A stretch of DNA of 64,000 nt from Lama guanicoe (GCA_013239625.1 MU053513.1:826370-890369), one strand, 5' to 3'. Positions 35,957-51,100 are shown, counted from the first letter of the stretch. The notes: generated by a model not told the origin, from the sequence alone. A program made the numbers and translations.

Positions 35957-38235
35957 GTAAACAATCTTTAGCACCTCTTTTGGATTATATTGTAAGACTA
36001 AATTCTGATGTGGTGGCTCTTTTTCTTGCCCAAGAAGTGAAGTTGTTTTCCTGTACACTGTTTGATTTCATGCCATTGATAAAAAAGCTTAATTACTAAA
36101 CAATAAGTCTGAACTCCCCAGGTCAGAATTTATGCTTGACTATTGATTTCTGATGACTCTACATGTATCTTATTTTTGGTAAAGATTGCCTTTGAACCTA
36201 AGCTGAAAAACGAGGTTGTAGAGAGCAAGGTCAGTATCTTTAGAGACAAAAGAACAGAGGATTCATGAAGTCCAGGCTATACTGATAGGTGTTGCCCACA
36301 GATATCTTCTTTATGTATTGAGTGTCTAAATTTGAGACGATTATTAAGAGATTCAAAGTTTTCTCCTGCATACCCAACATATATGCCCTGGAGCGAGAGA
36401 GAGAGAGAGAGACAGAAAGAAAAGTTTGAAATATATTGTTGTCTGAAAAAGAAGATCCCGTTTATGGAACTTTAGGCTAGAGCCCAGAGCAAAAATGCCC
36501 AGAAAATCCCTCCTCAGGTACAATTTAGCCCATCGGCTTGATGAACAGATCACCATCCAGTAATCAAATTTACGTCATTTCTTGTCTGTGGTTTTCATCA
36601 CCACCACTCCTCTTCTTTCCTAAAGGCTCGCTCAATCTTTCTTTATTCTTGCTTTCATTTTTAGTAGAATCTAGTTTGAAGTAGGTCAACAGAGCAGCAT
36701 TCTATGCAGGAGAAAGAGAGAAAGAAAAATTCCAAGTTACATAAATTAGTTTTAAAATATAATTAAATGGCAAGTTCACATTAGAACTGTGTGGTATTAC
36801 ACTCCTAAATGTATTTAAGATAACATGGACTTTTTCTAATTAAGCCAGGATATTGTACATTGTTAATATTGCATGTGTTTGCTTATAGCATAAACAAGTT
36901 GTGTCTGGTGATTCAATTTGATAGGCTCTTAAAAAAGATTAAATATGCAGTATATAGTAAGACCAGACCTCATCATAATTAGTTTAATGTTTAAAAAATG
37001 TGGAGCAAAGCTGCAGTTGCTTAATGGTGCATTAGATCAGGCGTTTCTGCTTGTACATACAGCCGGGATTTGTCATTTACTATTCTACAAGCACTAGAAA
37101 ATTCCTTCCATAAATAATCTTAGGTCTTTATTGTGTACTTAATTGAACGGCATTACAGCAAGTTGATAGTTGAGTGACCTTCAAAATACTGCATCAGACA
37201 TATTAGTGTGCTTTTCCACTAATCATTACAAATTGCACCCCAGCACTTCATAAGCAGCATTGCCTTTTTGTTATTTAGATACTTTTCAGCTGTCATGATT
37301 ACCATCGTAAACATCAATAATTTTTGACAATTTGGACCTTTCTCAGCCAACCAGCTTCTAATCATGTTTTTAATGATTTCTTCTAAAAACACATCTTCCA
37401 TTATCCGATGCAGTTGTTTTTCCTCCATGCTGTTAAGTCAATAGCCAGCTGAAGGGCAGAAAATATTTTCCGTGGAAAATAAAAATATTTCAAGACCTTT
37501 GGCCCTGCAGTTTCTTTTCGCACAGAACATAATTTGAATGGGAATTTTCTTCTGAACTTAAATTCCCTCCTTATTTAAAGAATGTTATATATTCACTTGT
37601 TTTAATATTCACTGTCTGAGGTTTCCAATGTCCTCTTAACAGTGTTCAAACCATGGTTTTTATCTTTTTCACCTTTTACTAATTCACTGACAGATTTTTG
37701 ACACTTTTTTCCAGAAATATATTTAATATTGTTTTGGAATTAAAGCACTGTATTTTCAAATGCTGGATAGTTGAGGTTGTATTTTGGGTTTGAAGAGTCT
37801 TGTTGGCTTTTTTCATCTCTAAAGAGATCCTCCACCTTTCTTTATATTTCTCTAAGACTGTTGGTAGGCTATTAAGAAATCACTGGACAGAAGTTTTGTT
37901 ACAGAGGATGCCTACTTCTTGAGGAAGGAAAGTTGATTTTTTTTTGGCATCATTAACATCATCTTCATCATCTTTATTATCTTCATAAAATCTGGCTCCC
38001 TCAAAGGCATGCCAAATAAATGTTATATAATAACCCAACATTGCTAAATGTATTCTGTTCCAAGAGCTAGTTTTGAACAAGTTATTCAGAATTGGGATTG
38101 CATGGTCCCCTAGAAACAAGTTTCAATAGCAGTGAATTTATTTCACTTAATTATCTTTTTATTGAACCATATTTATTGAGTACTTTCATCATCGTCATTG
38201 CCGTCAGCACTGAATCCAAGATACTAATTAGCATA

Positions 38236-38380
38236 ATGCCTTCATCCATTATTACTCCCATTTTATCTACAAGGAAATAGAGTCTTAAGAAGGTTAGGTG
38301 AAATTCTCAGCTGACACAGCAAATGAGTGATGGAGCCAAGACTTGAGCCCAAGTCTGTCTAATTCCAGTGCCTGCATTAT
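38236..38380 (-). mobile_element. MIR SINE
   Basis: ATTACTCCCATTTTAT...AAGGAAATAGAGTCTTAAGAAGGTTAGGTGA...ACACAGCAAATGAGTGATGGAGCCAAGACTTGAGCCCAAGTCTGTCT. Confidence 0.75.
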
Positions 38381-41300
38381 TACTCATTCTGTTTGACCCA
38401 TAAGGCCTCTGCTTAACAAACTCTGCTATGTGCTTGGATTAACATCATAGATAAGAAATTGGCCTTGATTTCTAGTATGTCTGAGGACAGTTACAGAACT
38501 GTTTTAATGACTTGATACAGTGTTATAAAAAGTATAAAAAGAGGTAAATTTGAGATGTGCAATCAACTGCAGGGAAGCTTTCCAATTGGAGGTGACATTT
38601 AAGCTTAGAATTGAGAATAAATAGGTCTTATCAAGATTCCCACAGTGACAAAGAGAAGTCAGGCAAAAGGAATCAGCAGTGACAAAGACCTAGAAGTTGA
38701 ACACGTGTGTGTTTTTAAGGCACTCCTAAGTATTTCATGCTGGAAATGTATCACAGGGTCCACTAGCTGAGCGATCAGTGGGAATTCAGTCAAGGTGTCC
38801 AGGGCATGGACTTTTTTCTGTTAACAATGAAAAAAAAAAAAGCTGTTGGCAGGTATTAAGCAGCTGAGTTACACGATACATAGTGTGTGTTACAAAGATG
38901 GCCCCGTTAGGTCGCGTAAGAAAGGATTAGCAGGGGTCAGCCCACAAAAGGCCACCTTCCCAACCTATGAAACAAATAGCACTTCCCATTTGTACAGTTC
39001 ATTATAGTTTATGCTGCTTCTACCCAATATAGTTTTAATTTTCATAACAAGCTTTTGAAATAAAATCTACAGTTGCTGTCTTTTACTCAAAGCACCATCA
39101 TGACTGGTTATAACCAGCTTTTGCTGGGCTCCATGCTGTCGCCTTTTGAACATAGAGAAGCAGGACTTTGGAAGCTTAAGTGATTTTCCCTGCGTCCCAA
39201 GGCTAACGTGGACTCAAGCGCTGGGACCTCAGCCTTCTGCAGATTACCAAAACTGTCAGCATACTACTAGTCGCCTGATATATTTAGTGAAGTACATGTT
39301 TTTAAACCAGATGGGTAGAACAGTATCATGTGAATAGGAGTTTATTTTTTACCACTGTATTGAGGCATTAATGGAGTTTATTTACACACTCATCTCTATG
39401 CTGATAAGTGTATTTTAAGATAGAAAATGGAAAAGTTTGTGTAGAAATTTGGGGGTACAGTCAAAGGCTTTTGAAATTGTTGAAGATATTTAACCATAAA
39501 ATTTAGGTTATTTTAATTCTTTAGACATACACTGCTATTGCTATTCCTTATGGTTCTCAGTATATTTTTGGTTACCTTCTGGTGCATAATAATTACAAAT
39601 ATAGGAAGTGAAAGATTCCTCCTCCTCCAGGTAATTAGGAAGGTGTTAAAAAAAAAAAGGGAAGGAAAGTTGAAAGGGCTGGAAGAATCTTTGTGCACAC
39701 CTGGAACACAGTGCTGGCTGATTTGGAATCAGCTGAGCTGTGAGAAGGAGAAGCAGGGCTGGGGGAAGGAGGCTGCGCAGTGCGTGTTGGGTACAAGGAT
39801 GGGTGGGTGTGAGGAAGTGGTCTCCCAGCTCTCATACAAACTCATTAAGTGGGGCTGTGTTCTTGGACGTGTCGTGGAATCTGAGCGGGTAGGAGGGAAA
39901 CAATTGGCCCGGGTAAGGTCACGAAGGCTCAGGAAGGATGCAACGGGCTACCTGTACACATGTGCAAAAAGTCTTTCCATAGCGCAGGACATGCCTGCTA
40001 CGAACAGCGTCACAAGCACTTCACGGGGAAGCATGCCTGCACTCAGGGAGACATACTGTAGGATTGAAAAGCAGTTTTTCATTATTATCTAATAACCGTA
40101 CGTGTGCTTGTAAAATTCAACGGGAAGGATACCATCATAAACTAGAGAGCAGCGTGGCAGTGGTAAAGGCAGAGAGAACTGCGTCACGATGGCTTTCCAA
40201 GAGTCAGAAAGAAGAAGTCGTCGACGGGTTTATAATGTGGGAAAAATATTAATTAAAATAGTCCACTAGCATGAATCTGCCCAGGCTAAAACTGACATGC
40301 TGAGGACACGTGATTGCTTCCACAATAGTTGTTCTTCAGCAATAAAGAGGATGCGCATGAAAATGGGTGAACCAAGAGTCATCAGAACAGATGCAAAGCA
40401 TACAGAATGTGTGTGTGTGTCGTACATATACACAGACGTTAACGCAGTAAGATATACTATCTAAACTATGTCCTAATAATAGCTGCCGTTTTAAATATTT
40501 AATGAACTGATAATGTCTGTGATAGAAATGTGAACAGAAAAGTTGCTGTTAAGTATTCTTCTTTGTATCACATCTCCACGATATTTCATATTTAATAGTA
40601 TAGTCACATTTATATGATACGCGTGTGTGTGTTTGTATACCTTTTGACTTTTATGAGGTCATGTTATGTATGTCAATGATTTTTAAAAACATGCATGCCA
40701 GAATAACATAAACTAGTGGGTATCACCCACTTCTCACTCAAATAAATATAATTATGAGATAATTCAATTATGACAATGATGCTGTCAGTACTCAAAATTT
40801 TATTAGAACTCTCACTTTATATATAATACAATAAATTAAATTATTTAACTGTATGTGTATATTTCCCTGTCCTCAATGGCAGTGAGATTTTGAGAGTGGA
40901 TTTAATTTTCAGAAACAGCTAAGAGAAACTTTCAGCCAAATCTCATGGGTAAACTGGAAGATTACTTGCCAAAATGGTTTTAAGAAAATAGTGTATGGTT
41001 AAAAAGTAATATGAAGTGAAATATTTTGCATGCATAGCCTGGAACAAAGACAATTCAAAAAATTTTGAAATGCTTTGATATTATATATAATAGCGAGATC
41101 AGTGGAATAAATGTACTGACTTGTATATTGTTAATTCTCATTCGGATGCTTACGTTCTGTGATTTATTTAAAGATAGGTGTGTTATTTTCATGTGTTCAT
41201 CTCAAACAGTATCTATTCTTCATGAATGCCATTCCAAAAATATTGTTAGTATCTCTAGCTCTAAAAGTAACAAAGAGACCTAATACATCGTTGAACTAGA

Positions 41301-42052
41301 TTCTAAGTGTATGCCAGCTTATTCAGAAATATATTTATTTTGCAGTTATTAATGAAAATATTTTATAAAATAAACATTACAGTGTAGGACAAATATGTCA
41401 TAAAATGTATCAGTGCATTTTGGGGAACAGACCAAGCATTTTCTTGAATGATAAAGCATCATAATTACCTTTAGAAATGATTGAGAAAGAGGCAAAATCA
41501 TTTACTTATTTTAACAATGGGTGTATATATTTTGTCTCTGTCAGTTTCAAAATTTCTTACAGCTTTGAGAATTTAGAAAATGGTACCCTTAATAACTTAG
41601 CATGCCAACATTGTGTTTCTGTTACCGATAAAAGATGGTCCATCAGTTTAGCTTTGCATATCCTGGCAAATTAAATAATCTCTTGACCCAAGTTAGTCTA
41701 TTCATTAGGCGAGACAGTTTGGAACAAAAACAAGGAAAGTTAAAGTTTACAAATCATTTTTAAATTGTACCCGTGTATAACTTCTGTGCAGTTACAAACC
41801 CTGAAGGTGGAGTGGCTCAAAACTGCCTCTAAGGAAGCCGTTGTTCACAGACGCTTCTAAATCTTGTCTTTTTGATTTAAATCTTCAAATGGTATCTTTT
41901 GAATATTTTTTTTCATTTCTTATCAGGCATCATCAGCTTTCCTGGTAGTTCATCTGCAACCTCTCTTGTCCTTTTACATTTATTAAATTTTATGTTACTG
42001 GAACTTAGGAGTAGAGAATTGAGCAGCAGTTGGGACAAACACTTTCTTTGAT

Positions 42053-42122
42053 TTCTCTCTCTCTCTCTCCCTCCGTCTCTCTCTCTCTCTCCTTCTTTTT
42101 CTCTTTCTCTCTCTCTTCTCCT
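42053..42122. repeat. (CT)n microsatellite / pyrimidine tract
   Basis: TTCTCTCTCTCTCTCTCCCTCCGTCTCTCTCTC... Confidence 0.9.
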
Positions 42123-45100
42123 TATTCCAATCCTTGGAAAGAAATGCCTTTTGGTTTTTAAGTAATATTTAAAGAATATTGAAAGATTTGGAAATATATG
42201 TTTCAATAACACTGCACACACATCTTCCTTCATATGTAATTTGTTACTAAAATTCTTAAGGAAGCAAATGTTTTTGTAAAACAAACATATTTTTACATAT
42301 TCCAGAGGAATTTCTTAGGTAAATGAATACTAATACCAAAAAAAATTGATACACAGCTATCTAGAAACACATCAGAGTGAACTCCAATTTTTTTTTTAAA
42401 GTGAGGTAATGTTTCCCTGGGACTTCTTGTACTGAATGGAAAATGTAACCAATTTAAGGAATGAGAGTCTAAATTAACTCAAGGCTTCCATTCCAGGATG
42501 CATGATTTCTGTGAACTTCATCCAAATAAATAAAATAACCTTTGCCAATTTCAGAAGTCCTTTTCCTTGTACTGGAAATACGACCTCTTTCGTCTCTTGA
42601 CAAGAAAGGTGACAATACAGAGGACAAACTCAACCACAGTAATTAGATGGAACTTCCTCAGAATATTCACTCCTTAAGATTATAGATTCCTGTAACATAC
42701 AGAAAGAGAAAAATAAAAGAATAAACCATTATAAAAACTTTCTTTAAGCTCACGTTTTAGTTTAAAAAAAAAAAGACACAGGGCTTGCTTGTGTCACCTG
42801 AGTTTCAGTGATCAGCTTCACAGTTTTAAAACTAAAAACTCCTTGATCTGACTTGACAATGCCATTTTTACAGACTGAGTTTGAGGGATCATTTTTCTAA
42901 ATCATCCTTCATGTTTATCTCATAGGGCAACTATGAGAATTAATGAAGTACAAACTAAGAAATACCTTGAGATTTTAAAGAAAGGTTTAAGATGAACATA
43001 GGATTACAGATTTTCCCAAATAGTCTATAATGAAACATGAAAGTATTTATTCATGTAGAAGTCTCATTTATTTTTAATTATTTTTAATCAGTATTTTCTA
43101 GATGGATTACTTGCATATTTAGGATCAGAAAAGTAGTATCGGATAACAAATGACACAGAGAATTAAACCAAAATAGTAAAAATAAGCATGGAACTTCTGA
43201 GTTCCAATTTCAGTCATCAAAAAGACTTATTCAAAATTCTGTGTTAAATCAGTCTAGATAAAACTTACCATCTGATTTGACATTATTAGAGTCTTGTTTT
43301 TTTTTTTTTCCCCAAGTGAAGACTATCTTTTTTTGTTTTTACTTCAGGCTAAAACATTAATTCATCATACACATACACAGATATATGCTGCTGATAAAGC
43401 ATCAATAACAATAAATATTTGGTATCATTTTTTCTAGGATTAGTTTTCATTTTGCATGCAAAGTGAGCATGGAGTTTCCCCCAGCTTATATTTTCTGTCC
43501 AGTCACATCTTTAGGAGCTGCTAGGAAATTTAAATTAAATGAAGATTGCACTCTAGCTGTGGAATTTTCCTACATTTTAGCCCTCTATTGCTTTTTAAGA
43601 GAATAATGATATAAAGAAGAACAAAGGAATTGAGGAGTAGAACCTTTAACACAACGAAGTGACTGACTGAGTCTCAATTTTTCTGCTTCGTTTATTATAG
43701 CTCTACTGTTTTGTCAGTACGTTAAGATTGCTAACCTTATTTGGCAAAATTGATGGCCTTTCCTCTGTTCTGGGACTGTCAGTGCTCTATAGTCCCAGTT
43801 TTAATGGGCATCACATACTTCATAGCCAACTTCCAGTTATTTCGGAAGCAAATTAACCAGTCTTCTGATTATCTGTTTTTCCATTATTTCTCTTCTTTCT
43901 TATGTAATCTCTTTAATGCTTAAGTAAGTGACTTCAGATTTACAGCTTACTCACAAGAAAAGAGTAATGTTGATGTTAATTTTCATGCTTTCTGTGAGCT
44001 AGACTATTCTAAGCACTTTACATGAGTTTATAAATTTAATCCTCATAACAATTTTGAAGTAAGGGCTAATATTATCCTCAATTAATAGATTAAATAATTT
44101 TCCCAGAGAAAACACATTCAGACAATTGCCTCATATGGTCCTCAAACTACTATGTGAGGTACATCTACAAATAATGAAATTGAATCTCATTAAAATAAAA
44201 ACGAATTGTGGTTTAACTGCTCCTACCTCTATTTCGCTTTTTTGGCACTACATTATCAAAATAACTGATAAAAAGAAAAAAAAATGTGTAGTGTCTATAT
44301 TTATGATACCTTAGGAATAAGTGCATGAAAACTAAAACTATTTATAAACTTTAATATCTTGATGACATTCTTAGACCAGGAGCAATTGTTTATCTCCTGT
44401 TCATCTACCTCCTAAATCCGTGAAGTCAGAGAAGGGCCATGAGAAGTCTATAGATTAAGAATGAATTTCTCAAAGCAAAATCCAGTGCTACAAACAGGGC
44501 AGATCAGAATATACAAACAGGGCTTCAGTGAAGACAGTGTCTTTTCCCTGGGGTGGAGATATTCTTTCCCCTTCCTGGAAAGGGAGTGGAAATCTTGGTG
44601 ACTGGTTGAGACATTATTTTCCTAAGGCTACATAAATTTCGCATTGGTGTTTGCTCCCAAATGAAGCCAAGAAAACACTCTCAAAGGAAACCTTGTAATT
44701 TGCCTGTCATCCCCGAAAATTAACGCCACCTTTCTGCCCGCTTCTCACCTATGCTACCTGGAATATTGCCTGAACATTGCTGTGCCCCACCCACACAGGA
44801 AACTTGAAGCTTTATTGCACTGAAGAGGTCGTAATTGTCTGGCAGGCAAAATCAGGGCCACACTACCTGTGGTAATCAACATTGTTCTCTAGTTATAAAC
44901 ATGAGGGTCATTTAAGGATAACCAGTCACTGGAGAAAAGCCAAAAATACAGACACAACGATGAATAAATAGAACAACTGGCCTGAAAAAAAAAAAAGACA
45001 CTTTTTAGGGAGAGAAGAGAGCTTGAAGGAAAAACTCCAGTTTATACCCTCAAAATGATTCTCAAAAATTTTGTATCCAAACAAACAAAACAAATAGGCT

Positions 45101-48100
45101 TCTATGTACGAAAGAGCTATCATACCACAAAAAAATACTTTCTTCTTCGGTAGATCCCATAAACTTTGTGCTATTCAGCTCCTTGTACCGTCTTTCTCCT
45201 TGTCCTCATCTCCTTTAATAGCAGTAGGAATCAAGACAATAAGCTGGTGAAATTGTCAGTAATGCAAGCCAGGGCTTAAAAATCACCAGAAGATGGAGAC
45301 TAAAGTCTCTGGTCCTGAGTTTCCTTTCCTACAAAAATGATCACACATACAACAGGGGAGCTACAAATTTCAAATTTATTTACACATCAGTGGACAATAC
45401 ACCTGGACTGAATAAGTCCAGACATACTTCAGTTCATCAGTTCAATATCACCCTCCATTTATAATAATCCAATTTCACCCCCCACCATGATCTTTCCCAT
45501 TATCCATGCCCAGACCTCTCCCAAATTCCTCCCCTACTTTATCTCAAAGGTGATGTGTTTTCTAACCATAATTGTATAATTTTCCCGTGATTTTTCACAT
45601 TATAATTTGAGGATAAAGCCCTTGCTTGGTACCCAGGAATAAGTGTGTTGTTTTAAGAACCTCTGTCCCATTTGATTCAACTCAGACTTTGCTTTTGACT
45701 CACTTACAACATCTGTGGTTATAATATTGTAATTACCTGCAGTTTCCAACCTATGTTGTTTGTTTCCCCCAAGTGATTTCCTTAATCCGCTAGTTAATAG
45801 TCTTTCTTGTTCCTGCAAAACAAATTTATTTTTCTCTTCCAGTAAAATCTATTTATCTTCTAATCTATATTATTCCCAAATTGAGGCAATAATGTGCAAT
45901 GGAATGACAGAAAAATAATACACAAAGACTGCAGAACTAAAAGGCAAAGGTGGAAAATATGAGAAGAAAATCGAGAAACGGGGACTAAACATGGAGAACC
46001 GAATATCCATCTAATAGAAGAAGGATCTGACAAAATGTAGCAGAGAAAATAACAAAAGATATAAAGCCTCTGAGACTAATTCTGGCTTAAAGAAGCAGGG
46101 AGGTATATTTTAGAAATCCTGTGATATTACCTCATCATCTTAAAAAGAGAATTTCTACACCAAAATGTTATCTTCCAGGTTTCCATTATTGGATCCCTCT
46201 CTTATATCCTTTTATCCCAGTAAGACCCAGCCCCGTGACGTGGAGCCCTCTGGGTGTGCCAAGCCCTAGTAACTGGATTCTCAGGAATAAATTCTAATAT
46301 TAGTGTGTCAAAGTCTCCAAGCTTGTTATATATATTCTAGTCCTGTTCAAGTGGGATTCTCGCGGCATTGGACTAGGAGCATTATTAATGTCTCTTACAG
46401 TTTTAAAATTCTTTGATTCTATTATTGTGAGACATTTATTTGAACTGTAGCCAATTTCCAGATCATCTACTTTTTGGATAGCTAACAGATTTTTGGCTCA
46501 GTTGGAAACATGAATGTGAAACTGATATGGATTTTGGTCTCTTGCCTCTAAACTCAGTGCACTTTCCACTGTGCTATCCTGCTTGACTGATCTCTGGAGC
46601 TGGCGGGACCAGTGCGGGTGATGCTTTCATCTGCTTGCATGTGCTCCCTCCTCCCTCCTTCTAACCGTAACGCCTCCATGGTAGTCTTTTCTGCTGAACC
46701 AAATGTGACCCCAAAGTTCCCGAGGTGGATGTTACAAATCACTAGAGGTTGGAACATAAATAAAACGTATTTTCCACTATTTCCAACAAGAAAACTTGTT
46801 TTCTCTGGTGTCTTCTTTGTTTGGAAGGAATTTCTGGACCAGAATTCAGTGAACCCCCCTGTATTACAGTCCTAAAAGTAAGGTATTAAATATAATACAA
46901 TCAGCAAAGAAGTACAATATCAGAGTCACCTGAATCACTAAAAACCCACAAGAAAGCTATAAAACCTTGATTTTTATATTTGCTCCCCTGTGGGAGAGGT
47001 TTAGCACTGTCGTAGGTGACTGAGTGTACTCCCTTTGAATAAAAAGGTATGCGTATTCATTTTGTAGGGAGGAGGGTTGTAAGTCATGTAATTTTATAAG
47101 CGCCATTTAACAAACAATCTGAACAAAACGCTTTGAAATGGTTCTTGCCCTTGTGTTGCAGTTTCAAAAGAACACTGATGACTGTGAGATGAGCCAGGGA
47201 TGGTGTGAGTGGACTTGATTAGAGGGGCGGTCTTCTCTGCTGGAGACCTGTGCCCAAATTTCTCCATTCTGAGGATTTCATATTTTTCCAGGCATCAAAA
47301 TACTTTGTGTCAAATTCAATAAATGGGACAGGATCATCAATTGTGTGTGTGCTCAGGGGAGAAACTGGACACTTTCAATGTTGGAAATACTATAATCTGA
47401 GACTCATTGTCTGAGACCCAGTACTCATGTCACTTTCTCAGCAAGACCTTTCGCATTTCTATATGTTAAGGACAATTGTTTGTTTTTTCATGTTGCCATA
47501 ATTCCTTTTTATTTTTGTATTAATACGTAATATTGGAATAAGTTTTGATGGAGTCTGTCTGCTTTTAATAGCACCTGGGGACTCCCCCAAATGACTGCTG
47601 TTTGCGGACAATGACTAATTCTTCTTTTTGACTGTATCCTTGGACACTCCTGAAATTCCTTGGATTGAATCTGTAAAATACAATGGATTGTTTTTGAGTA
47701 CTTACTCTGATTGATTGGTACCCCATTCTTATCATTTCTTGCCTGTGCTGAATTTATTAAGACACTGTGGACAGTATTCCTGCTTGAATGGATCCAAGAC
47801 TATCCATCATAGCCAGATGGAAAAATCTGTATGAATGATCAGTTAGCACCATAATCTTCACGTTGATTTTCTCCAAACTATCTTCATCTTCCTGCTTCAT
47901 TTTGAGTAATCCACTGTGCACGACTGAATTTGCATTAACTTATCTACTGCTCTTTTGAACATTTTCGTGGACTAGGAAGCGGTATGTCCTAAGGCAGGGT
48001 CATTTGCCATGTGGGCACTAATGTCTTATGATGATCTCCTATTTTTGAAGCACCCACACCCTCATTCATCTTCAGAGTCCCACAAGTCACAGTGACTATG

Positions 48101-51100
48101 GTGTTTTTCTTCTGCATTTCGTGTAAGAAATATGCCATTTTCACAGAAATCTTAGGAAGTGTGACATTATTGGCATGTAAGAAAATGGTATTCTTACTTC
48201 TAATCATATTTGTACTTTGTTCTTTCTTTAATTGCAAAAAAGAATTCGAGTCTATGTGTAATTGAAAATACCTGTCCCACATTTATCATTCTTTGCAGTG
48301 AGCTAATCGTTTTTAAATACACCATTACATAGAGCTATATTTATTCTTCAGTTACCTATTTAAGGTAAAGTTTTATTTTTTTTCATTAATGCGTGCAAAG
48401 TGAAGGACTGTTAATAAAACAGATTTCATTGTGTTTATTTAAATCAGGCTCTAAATTCATTTAAAGTAGAATAAGTGATCACATGAATGAATTGGGAAGA
48501 AATAAAATATTCTTACTCTCTGTGACTTCACTTCATTAGAATTTTAATGCTTCCAATACATTGATTATGAAGAAAATTATGAAGATTATGAAGAAAATAC
48601 TCTCTCTATCCACAAACATGTTTTGTTTAATCCTTAAAAAATGTGTTTTAACCCGTCCCAGGAGTTAATCACGTCCTTGCTTTAGGAAAGATTCTTCCCA
48701 TTCTGTTTAGCAGTGCTGAAATCAACCAAAAGAGTACATGTTTAGGAGGATGTGTGAAAAATGCTTTGAAAAACTCTAGTATATTACCTCAGATGATTTC
48801 TTCTTCCTGTTTTCTTGAAATGTGATTTTATATCCTATATTTTACCAGCTCTCAAGAAACTGGTCCCAAGAATCTGAATTTACAATAGATTTTGTAGAAT
48901 CTGTTAGTCAGCTGTATGAGATAATACCACTGTGTAGTGTTTGGTATGCAACATTTGTATAAATGTTTCAAATATTTTGAACCATAAAAACCATAAAACA
49001 AATCATATTTGTCTGGCATGAAAATTGTGATTTTCTGAATATTAAAACCTTAAGGCTGTATTAATTGAAATATTTCAGTTCCTTTAACCCTTTCGGTTCA
49101 CTGCCATTGAGAAAAAAAGGCACCAGGGCTTAAATTACTGTAGTCTCATGGGTAGTTGTGAGTAGGATGATAATAAGGATATTAGGGGAAAAAAATACTC
49201 TGTTTAAAGAAATTGGAATATAGAGAAAGAACTCCAGCACCTGAATGGAATAAGTAATGTATTTTATATTCAAGTCAAAGAGTTTCCATTAAAAACTTGG
49301 TTATCTTGAGTGTCTTTGGTCAGACAAGCTCAATTCCTACAAGGTCCCTTTACATGGAACTTACTGCAAAAGAATGCTATTTTCCATATTAGCATGATTT
49401 CTCCCACAATTTCTGTTCAGGTACTTAATTTATATTATCAAGAACTCCTCACTCGTAGACAGTTTCATGGGTTAGAATTGTTTAAAAGTTCCCAAATAAA
49501 TTGCTGGAAGGTAGAATGCCAGAACTGTTCAAACCTTGTACGTATTTTAAGGAGGAAATTAACACTTTGGTCCTTTATTTGCCATGGAAAAAGATAATGA
49601 CGTTCTCTAGAAGATTAGAATCTAACCAAACATTGTAGGCTATATATAGCATACAAAGCCTTGTGCCATTTGTGAAAACACTCTCAGGGAGAACACCCAA
49701 TGGCTGAGTTTCTGTGCTGTATTTTTTAGGCACACAGATTTAATTTAGAGATTATGGTTTGAAAATAAAATTTACTGTATGAGTGTTTTTGGCTGATAAG
49801 AAATTGATTTCGTGACCTTGCTACACATTAATTGAAAGATCTGGCAATGTGTCTTGACGAAGTTTAAGGAACCGCACACACTTGGAAGCATGTCATTCCT
49901 TCCTGCTGAACTCGCTAGTTAATCACCTTGTCACCAGGATAGGGAAGGAAACTACTTTTCACTGCTGTGGGGTCCGCATAATCTCCTTCCATGGCATAGC
50001 AAGTAGATTTTACGTGATTGACATTATGTTTAGTTGTTTCACATTAAAAGTGGAGCCTTTAAGAGTATATCATTTATAGATTAATATGGTATTTTATATT
50101 TTATAATATTTTAAAGGTTCTATTTATCAAATTAAAAATTTAAAAGTGTGTGCACATGGGCCCACATAGACATAAATATTGTTATGTAAATTATTCAATA
50201 AATTTTAGAATGCATTTTTATAATAGAATGAAAGTAGCTAAGTTGTCAGCATTCCCTACGTCTTAAATGTTAGCTTATTTTATGGATGGTAACTCAGGTT
50301 GTATTTACAGAGGGAAAAAATGAGTTGCAGAGAAGAGTTAAAACAAATTGTGAAATCTGTAAAAAATCTTCCCAGAAAACACCAAAATATATAAATGTTT
50401 TCCTTGAGATTCTTTGGGTTTACTAACCAGATCAGGTATCTATGCAGCAATTACCCAGAAAAGTGGACATCTCCATTTTACTTCTCTTTTGTGGAGGTAA
50501 CCTCAGAAATAAAATTTGGGTCATATTTATTTAGAGACATCACGCTGTAGGCCCTCTGCTGATCAAGAACACATCCTGTGTCTTAACGAATTTATAATTA
50601 AAAATAGAATTGAAGTCATGTTTAACATTGAGAACTCAAAGTGGGAAGGGAAGGAATGTGCTGGGTTTGTGCATTTTTGATAATTAAAGTTGAGATGTAC
50701 AGACAACTAAATCAATGTTGACAAGATTGAACAGAAGTTGAGGTGGTTTAACACTTGCTTGGTAGTTCTGCATTTGTGGAAAAATGTTGATGTTTTGAAA
50801 TAAGAGCGTTCTGTCTCCTTTGTGTCAGAAAGGTTCTTATGCCAGGTTTCCTGGTGCCATATGGTGGATAAGTTCTGAAGATAATTTCTGGACCTTTACA
50901 AACACAGAAACCAATTGAGAATACTAAAAAAAGTACAGCAAATCTCTGCTGTGTATGCAATGCAGGAAGGCAAGCAGATGCTCGATTACAGTGTTATGTT
51001 TGTTCAACGAGTGTGATGTTCACTGCAGCAGTTTCATAACTCAACACCATGTGGAGAAGAATGGTTTTTTAAATGTGTTTTGGACTCTGAATTTCAGTTG

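Noticed and set aside
35957..36099. Read-through of the exon 2 ORF into intron 2 (truncated secreted EGF peptide)
   Set aside because: There is a good donor at 35957 and I saw no canonical AATAAA shortly after the stop; nothing supports intronic polyadenylation.
39538..40092. Longest ORF (184 aa)
   Set aside because: Non-ATG start, runs through an A-homopolymer, has no recognisable domain or splice structure, and is intronic.
46236..46243. Perfect UPRE-like TGACGTGG
   Set aside because: A single isolated 8-mer, expected by chance in a window this size.
48563..48598. Short direct repeat GATTATGAAGAAAAT x2
   Set aside because: Simple slippage duplication, not an array. I saw no CRISPR-like repeat-spacer structure anywhere in this eukaryotic window.
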